64,000 nt of DNA, taken from assembly GCA_965207375.1 (NCBI GenBank), contig CBDBMG010000001.1:368773-432772 (forward strand). Reading direction: 5' to 3'. Positions within the stretch are counted from its first letter, which is position 1; the number at the start of each line of letters is the position of its first letter. This document shows positions 26,165-64,000 of the stretch, one piece after another. Position numbers and translations under genes: made by a program. The notes below the pieces were generated by a model. It was not told the origin of the DNA, ran no database searches, and was given only the letters and a program-made list of their open reading frames with translations. This stretch comes from Nitrosopumilaceae archaeon. GTDB lineage: Archaea; Thermoproteota; Nitrososphaeria; Nitrososphaerales; Nitrosopumilaceae.

Positions 26165-27533
26165 ACCTATACTACCCTACTTCATGAATTTTTAATCATA
26201 TAGCCCTTTCTGTCTCATTGTTGCTGTTTTCACAGACTAGCTATGGGGAAATACATTATGTAGTGAATGATGGAGGTTATAAAATATGGATCTAACTAGA
26301 TATAAAATATAAAGTCTGGGGGGTTGAAACCCCCAGGGTACCTGACCATGGCACTGAGGGATACTAGTTTCCCAGTGAATAAGTCTTGCGATTAGCAGTG
26401 CAGCCTCTATTAAAATATCCTTCTTTTCTTTCCACAGTTAAGGGGTTTATCACAAACACTACACTATATCCCGCTATAAACCTGTGAGAAGGCTTATATA
26501 TATATATAGCTTGTTGACAGGGATGCAGAAAAATCATGTCACGATACTCTTAATCAGTATGCACTTTACACATGCAGTCTGCTATACACCAGACTACATA
26601 TTATGAAGACAGGCCATACTGGAACAAAATTGAACAAAAATTTATTACATTATATAATTATGTGATCTGTTAGACTACACCCACTGAGAATAACCTTCAA
26701 AGCATAGTGCATGAATGCCTTCCCTATACAATATCTCTGTGGTGCTTAGCCCTATTGAAGCACATTTAAATGCTGGGCTTCAGTTTATGGCAATATAAAT
26801 TTTGTCCTACAATGTCTGCAGTGAATGAAAAAGAATAACAGTAAACTTGAAAAACATACTATGCACCATGTTATAAATGTCTTGCATGATAAATAAAATA
26901 GACTGTACATGAGCTTGTGCATGATATTTTTATAGGCACTGGTGATATGGGGTCAGCAGACACTTGCACCAATCGTTCCAACCTTTCCCCCTCCTCCAAC
27001 CATGAATGCTGGTATAGTCAAAATATTATTATTTCATTATTTAGTTATAAAAATTGTATTTATAAACATAGGAACACACTCTGGCAATGACTAATACAAA
27101 AATGTCCATCAAAAGTATGTAGTTATAGCTAGAATTTAAAAAAATCTTGTGCCAGTGTTGTTCCATATATCCTACTGCATTTTCCTTGGAATTTTAGGCA
27201 TGGATGGCACTTAACTTGATTATTCTAACTGTAGTGATTATGTGTCTAAACATTTAATTACCGTCCGACCAGAAATTGCTTTGGAGTTGGGTGAACCACA
27301 GAAAAGCCTACTGTCAGCAAGGTGACTTCCTTTTGATAACCTTACGGTCATCTCTTCCCATGGATTATTCACCACCTACAAAATATCACTAAACTAAGCC
27401 ATGATTTAAGTTGTTGATGCATCCGTTTGATAAACCTGCTGTTCAACTTTGTCCTATTGCACTACAGGAGCGTGTTTTGGGATCTTCACGTGGCAATGAT
27501 ATCCTTGATTGACTTACTGTTCATTGTTCAATC

Positions 27534-27846
27534 TAGGGATGCCACAATATAAATTTTTATGTCATATGTCATGGAGAATTATGTCACGACATGTCATATG
27601 TCACAACATAAACTATAATGGTTTCACAACACTTTTTATGCATGCAATTAACATTAATGTTAAACAGTTTTTCAAAAATAAAATATTGACATTGACATCA
27701 ACAATACATAACAACAATAACATTAACAACAATTTTATATTACATCATAATCAATAAAAACTGTGTCACGACATAAAGCAACCTATATCATATCATGGAA
27801 TTTTATGTCACGACATGTCGTATGTCACGATTATCGCAGCATTCCT
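27534..27846. mobile_element. hAT-like MITE
   Basis: TAGGGATGCCACAATA / TATCGCAGCATTCCTG ends with internal ATGTCACGACAT repeats. Confidence 0.55.
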
Positions 27847-28737
27847 GTGTTAGTTATGGAGATAGGCTTCCTGGATGCGATCACAGTGCTGTAAATGGGT
27901 ATTAGGCTTCTCCCACCTTGTACATTCCAAAATTTATCACTTACTTTTAACGATTTTGATACAATTTGATTTAGCTGCTATTCCGTGAAGTGTAATGATA
28001 TTGACTCTTGCAATTGGGAGGAATCTCTTCCTAACTGCTGCAACTAATCCTTTGGAGTGAAGCTTTAAGTGCAAATAAACAGCACCCAGGAGCACCAATA
28101 AAAGGCTGCAGGAGATTTTCAGCTATAGTGACTCAGTATCTGAAATCTCCAGGTCATGATGATGTACACATGATAGAGAATCTCTTATTGTAATCAAACA
28201 CTACCTTCATGATGGGAACAATCTCTACTATATATATGATATCCAGCAGGAAATCTCAGTCAGAAATAGTCAGTTATTGCAGTAACATTAGGTATGATCA
28301 AAGCTTAATGTCAACAACCTTAATTTATTATTTAGACAAGATGGCTGTATCTACGTACCAAGATAGGTTTTCACACAGGTCCTCATTACAATCAAAACAA
28401 ATAACTACACGATAACTAAAACTATGTAGCAATACTAACTATATACAACAACAACAACATTAGCTATATACAACACAACATACATAAAATATAAACTACA
28501 TCACATACAAAAAATCAATTAACTAGCTAGGTACAAAAACAAGTACATGCCTGAAAGCTGTCAAATTTTGTAATACACGAATAGAGGCAGGCAAACCGTA
28601 AAGAGTACTTGCCAAAATCAGTTTTTGGATGAATCAGGTGAAGTTTATCCCTACCTCGAGTACAGTCATAGCCAAATGTTGAGCTACCTTTTCATGTATT
28701 ATTGAAATTACTTTTACATAAAACACCACTACGATTA

Positions 28738-29392
28738 GGGCAATCGGAAACAGTGGAAATTGAAACTGGAAATAGAAAACTGAAATTGAAAAACTGAAAT
28801 TTCTAAAATACAAACTCTGCTTACTAAAGCTGCTTAAACACTTCTCTACCTTACTGTGCATTAAATAGAATAGTACAGAAATGTATATAGTTTGTTTTTT
28901 GAGGTACCTTAAATCCTCGAATGCCTGATTTCTTCACACATGGTCTTTCTGAATGGTATTTGGTGGTACTATATTTTTGAAGTGCTTAATTTTATGAATC
29001 TATCTATATCTGCGAAATTCACATATATTAAGTATGTATGTACCTCAAAAAACCAACACTATATGGTACCATATACTTCAGCTTTTTAGTGAGTGTAGCC
29101 AGACTGAGTGTATAAAGCAACACACAAAATAGGTTAATGATACTGAAGTTTAATTGACCTACATAATCATGCCAAAATTATTTATCTGCATTTCCGGAAT
29201 CCATATGTTTTCAACCATATTACCCATTTATTGTACTCTACTGTATATTTCTTATTTAATGCATTGTAAAGCAGAATAAGTAAGTAGAATTTGTATGTAT
29301 ATAAATGCATTATAACAGATAGTATAGAAATTTCACCTTTTCAATTTCAGTTTTCCATTTCCATTTTCAATTTCCACTGTTTCCAACTCCCC
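28738..29392. mobile_element. Mutator-like (MULE) MITE
   Basis: Long TIRs GG..GGAAACAGTGGAAATTGAAA..GAAAACTGAAATTGAAAA. Exact 9-bp TSD CTACGATTA at 28729-28737 and 29393-29401. Confidence 0.85.
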
Positions 29393-30389
29393 CTACGATT
29401 ACAGAGACTACTACGAAACCTACTGGGAGAAGCCCCCTGCCACTCATCAGAACTGACATAATTGTTCATAAATATGTAATATAAAACTCACCCCCAAAGC
29501 AGCATTTTTATGCCCCACTCCTACCAACTCCACTATAAACCCAGACCTTCATTTCAATTGAAGCAAAATATCATGATATAAATCATCAAATAAACAAAAC
29601 TTATCACAATTCCACTATTACTTCCCACTAACAACGACCCCAAAAGAACCATTCTCATATTTATTATACCACTAGACAAATATTGTTTTCATCGAGGCCT
29701 TAATTAACCCCCGATATCACCCACAAGTAAAGACAAAGTCACACATCAAACCACAATTTTCTCTTCAACTGCATTAAATACTTATCTTTGGTATAGTAAC
29801 AAGCAACAAGATAATATAGAAAATGGCCCCCCATAAACATCCGGGGCCCAAAAATGAAGCGGCGCCATCATTATTTAGATAATAATGCAACAGTAATTAA
29901 CCCCCGACCCCAATTTTCTAACAAACCGAGATAATTGTTCCGCAAAAAACAAACCTTACCACTCCCTCAATAAACAAAAGCCACCCTCCAATAAAAAGAT
30001 GGCAGAAAATACCACACCCAAAATAAACAATTTTAAAGTCTCCTCAACTTCCCAGATCCCCCAGGCCCATCCTAACAACACAAAAACCCTAAATTTTGCA
30101 TTTTGAGTCCTAAATATATATCATAAATTGCCACTAACTGAAGGGATAGTGCTCATAGAAGGATCAACAGTTGATACTGTAGAACCACTGATCCAGAACA
30201 CTTGCATGGAGTTGGGTCAATGGTTGATGGCTTGATATTGTTCTATGGAGTAGCTGATCAAACAAACAAGCTGTCAAAATCTTCTCTAACACAGAAAACT
30301 GGATAACATTAGGAAAAGATCACCTGCTTTATAGTACCTCATAGATCACCCTGTCACCATTGACAGCATTGTCATATAATTCCAACTCC

Positions 30390-30637
30390 AATATCACGTG
30401 ATCACTTCTGCCGAAAGGATCGCTAGGAAGAGATTTCAGATCTGATCCATAGCTACAGCAGTTTGTGAAGTAAACTAAAAGGCGGAAGTTGTAGTAGTGT
30501 GATATGATTGGCTATTATTTTATAACTTCACAAACCGCTGTATCAGTATCCGGATCCATAAAATCGTTTTTGCGCGTGATATTTGCGAGGTGTCATGTCT
30601 TGTGGCATGTTTATTTCAGTTTAATCAATGTACGAGA
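30390..30637 (+). promoter_or_regulatory. Candidate promoter of the adhesion GPCR gene
   Basis: CpG-richer stretch just upstream of the signal-peptide exon, with CACGTG (~30395), GGCGGAAGT ETS-like (~30481) and an inverted CCAAT (GATTGG ~30506). Confidence 0.35.

Positions 30638-64000
<33,363 letters not shown>

Noticed and set aside
29400-30115. Mitochondrial insertion (NUMT)
   Set aside because: The skew is suggestive but I could not recognise any mitochondrial protein or rRNA motif.

Overview
AT-rich eukaryotic DNA from an animal. The 45-60 nt introns and Calx-beta-rich receptor suggest a demosponge, which is an inference. The main host gene is a long spliced adhesion GPCR on the + strand, from 30638 to beyond 64000. 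I assembled it by hand from phase-compatible exons: signal peptide, IgGFc-binding (FCGBP N-terminal-like) domain, four two-exon Calx-beta modules, GAIN/GPS with an HL|TSFAVL cleavage site, and the first part of a 7TM domain. Its two giant introns and the upstream DNA are full of nested transposons: a full-length decayed Helitron, a pogo/Tigger pseudogene, two Gypsy-type LTR derivatives, LINE fragments and many MITEs with readable TSDs. Two structures stand out. First, a family of ~200-bp-arm DNA hairpins occurs empty at 25.8-26.2 kb and again at 52.2-58.3 kb, where the Helitron sits at the exact centre of the loop. Second, a multi-kb inverted duplication (1-4.6 kb versus 17.4-20.3 kb) carries micro-exons of an unidentified spliced gene and reciprocal filled/empty MITE sites. 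All coordinates and alignments were read by eye and no database searches were run.
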